From positions 138,629-202,628 of the forward strand of contig CAVRWE010000002.1 in the NCBI GenBank assembly GCA_963724895.1: a stretch of 64,000 nt of DNA, given 5' to 3'. A model generated the notes under the pieces. It did not search any database and was not told the origin of the DNA. It saw only the letters and a program-made list of their open reading frames with translations. A program made the position numbers and the translations under genes. Origin of the DNA: an uncultured Actinomycetes bacterium (GTDB taxonomy: Bacteria > Actinomycetota > Thermoleophilia > Gaiellales > Gaiellaceae). Below are positions 62,103 through 64,000 of the stretch, one piece after another; positions within the stretch are counted from its first letter, which is position 1, and each line of letters starts with the position of its first letter.

Positions 62103-63863
62103 CTAATCCCAGCGGCGCGAGAGGCGGAACGCGGCGTTGATGAGCCCGACGTGCGTGTACGTCTGCGGGAAGTTCCCCGACTGCTCGTAGGTGTCGGGGA
62201 GGAGGTCCTCGCTGAACAGGCCGAGGCCGTTGTGGAGCGAGATGAGGCGCTCGAAGAGCTCTCGCGCCTCGTCGGTGCGACCGAGCACGGCGAGCGCCTC
62301 GACGAGCCAGAACGAGCACACGGTGAACGCCGCCTTGGGGACACCGAAGTCGTCAGAAGACGCGTATCGGCGCAGGAGGCCCCCGTCCAGCGAGAGGGCG
62401 TCGCGGATCGCGTCCACGTGCGAGGCCGCGCGCTCGTCCTCGGGAGGCAGGTAGCCGAGGTGCACCGCGAGCAGCAGCGCCGCGTCGAGCTGCGGCTCGC
62501 CGGCGACCTGCGTGAGTGCGCCGACGTCCGGATTCCAGCACTGCTCGCCGAGGATCGCCGCCGCTCTCCGCTCGATGTCCCTCGCCCGCGCCGCCAGCTC
62601 GTCCGCCTGCAGCGCCTCCGCGACCTCGACCGCGCGCCGCGCGCCGGCCCAGTGCATCAGCACCGCGAAGCTGTGCAACCGGGTGCGGCCGCGGAACTCC
62701 CACGGGCCTGCATCCGGCTCCTCCAGCCGACCCTCGATCTGGTCGAGGAGTCCCTGGACGATCGCGACTGCGGTGTGCGGCGGGATCTCGCCGACGAACC
62801 GCGTGTCGAGGAACAGGCGGCTGACCGCGAGCACCATCTCTCCGTAGACGTCGTTCTGCACGTGCTCGAACGCCTGGTTCCCGACGCGCACCGGGCCGTC
62901 TCCCTTGTAGCCCGTGAGGTAGTCGAGCTCGCGCTCCGGGGCGTCCGACCCGCCGTCGATCCGGTACGCGGGCTGGAGCGCGCCGTCCCGCTCGTCCGCT
63001 CGATTCCGGAGGTACTCGAGGAAGAGCTCCATCTCGCCCGAGTGCCCGAGCCGCTCGAACGCGTTCAGCGTGAAGTAGGCGTCGCGCAGCCAGCAGTACC
63101 GGTAGTCCCAGGTCCTCCCCGAGCCCGGATGCTCGGGCAGGCTCGTGGTCGTCGCGGCGAGCAGCGCGCCCGTGTCCTCGTACTGGTGGAGCTTGAGCGC
63201 GAGCGCCGAGCGGATGACCTCGCCTTGGTAGTCGCGCGGTACGCGCGTCGACTTCACCCACCGGCGCCAGTAGTCGATCGTGCGCTCGCAGAAGCGCTCC
63301 GCGGTCTCCTCGAGGCCGGCCTCGAGCGGCTCGCCCCAGGTAAGCACCAGGTGGCGTTCGCGCTCGAGGAGGAACGGCCGCTCGTCCTCGACGTACGTGA
63401 GCGCCACGTTCGTCGTCAGCCGCACGGGCGCGGGAAAGCCCGTGTACTCGATGTGGTTCGAGGCCCGCCACGACCCGGCCTGTGCCGCGCCGTAGTCGTA
63501 GACCGGCCGGCAGCGGACGCGAGCCTTGGGCTCCCCGTCGAGGGGCCGGAGGATGCGGACGATCATCGACGGCTTGAACGAGCGGTCGTAGAGCAGGAAG
63601 CGCGGCGCGAAGTCGAGGAGCTCGAAGCTCCCGTCCGGCCCGCTGAAGACCGTCCGCAGGACGTTCGTGTTCTCGACGTACTCCTGCCGGACCTCCTGGG
63701 TGTCGACCCCCTCGACGGCGAACACCCCGCCGCGGTCGCGGTCGAGGAGCGGGCCGAACACGAAGCTCGAGTCGGGGCGCGGCCAGCACAGCCACTCGAC
63801 GGACCCGTCGCGGACGAGCGCGCTGTAGGAGCAGTTGCCGATGATGCCGAGGCCGTTCGTCAT
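62103..63863 (-). CDS. Glycoside hydrolase family 15 (glucoamylase/trehalase-like)
   Basis: It carries IGNCSYSALVRDGSVEWLCWPR, SLPEHPGSGRTWDYRYCWLRDA and FPQTYTHVGLINAA. Confidence 0.88.
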   Translation of the reverse strand: MTNGLGIIGNCSYSALVRDGSVEWLCWPRPDSSFVFGPLLDRDRGGVFAVEGVDTQEVRQEYVENTNVLRTVFSGPDGSFELLDFAPRFLLYDRSFKPSMIVRILRPLDGEPKARVRCRPVYDYGAAQAGSWRASNHIEYTGFPAPVRLTTNVALTYVEDERPFLLERERHLVLTWGEPLEAGLEETAERFCERTIDYWRRWVKSTRVPRDYQGEVIRSALALKLHQYEDTGALLAATTTSLPEHPGSGRTWDYRYCWLRDAYFTLNAFERLGHSGEMELFLEYLRNRADERDGALQPAYRIDGGSDAPERELDYLTGYKGDGPVRVGNQAFEHVQNDVYGEMVLAVSRLFLDTRFVGEIPPHTAVAIVQGLLDQIEGRLEEPDAGPWEFRGRTRLHSFAVLMHWAGARRAVEVAEALQADELAARARDIERRAAAILGEQCWNPDVGALTQVAGEPQLDAALLLAVHLGYLPPEDERAASHVDAIRDALSLDGGLLRRYASSDDFGVPKAAFTVCSFWLVEALAVLGRTDEARELFERLISLHNGLGLFSEDLLPDTYEQSGNFPQTYTHVGLINAAFRLSRRWD

Positions 63864-63928
63864 GTCCGGATGGTTCGCGAAAACGTAGGTTGTACCTACC
63901 TGCTCACGCCCGAACAGGAAGGAGCGTC

Positions 63929-64000
63929 GTGGCGCGACCCAGGCAACACCCCGATCTCGTCGTCGCCAGCAACCGCCTGCCGGTGCGGGTGTCGATCGAA
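63929..64000 (+). CDS. otsA: Trehalose-6-phosphate synthase, N-terminal 24 codons only (cut by the right window edge)
   Basis: GTG 63929 follows AGGAAGGAG. The product starts VARPRQHPDLVVASNRLPVRVSIE, and the (V)VSNRLPV start is typical of OtsA. Very little sequence is available. Confidence 0.55.
   Translation, partial: MARPRQHPDLVVASNRLPVRVSIE

Overview
This is a very GC-rich chromosomal segment; third codon positions are almost always G/C. Gene content and layout look like Actinomycetota: lexA with a GAAC-N4-GTTC box, secG next to tRNA-Leu, rpsF-ssb-rpsR-rplI-dnaB, many GTG/TTG starts (shown as M in the ORF track), and frequent 4-nt GTGA/ATGA stop-start overlaps. That taxonomic assignment is inference only. 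About 70 features are supportable.

Backbone genes:
- Most of de novo purine synthesis, split into five blocks: purA; purD; purB-purC-purS-purQ; purL-purF; purM-purN-purH.
- A selenocysteine-decoding module: selA and selB in one uninterrupted ORF, with tRNA-Sec 2.3 kb downstream.
- mmsA and a methylmalonyl-CoA-mutase-family gene.
- Envelope and lipid-modification operons, peptidases, transporters, and trehalose genes at the right edge.

The most unusual region is 43404-49580. It is a type I restriction-modification locus ordered hsdR-hsdS-[wHTH-nucleotidyltransferase + HEPN]-hsdM. It begins, 5'-truncated, on the nucleotide after the purF stop codon. Dozens of frameshifts break it up, yet its catalytic motifs remain perfectly readable. 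It forms the left part of a ~12.3 kb wedge separating purF from purM. Isolated frameshifts also interrupt five otherwise well-conserved genes, so either assembly indel errors or real gene decay must be resolved first.

Other leads:
- An ORF with an in-frame TGA plus a downstream hairpin, in a genome that decodes Sec.
- An 84-aa RsiG-like two-helix ORF.
- A MoaD-MoaE fusion.
- A copper-monooxygenase-like gene translationally coupled to the mutase gene.
- A second LexA-type box in front of dnaB.

No rRNA, CRISPR array, transposase or integrase was recognised.
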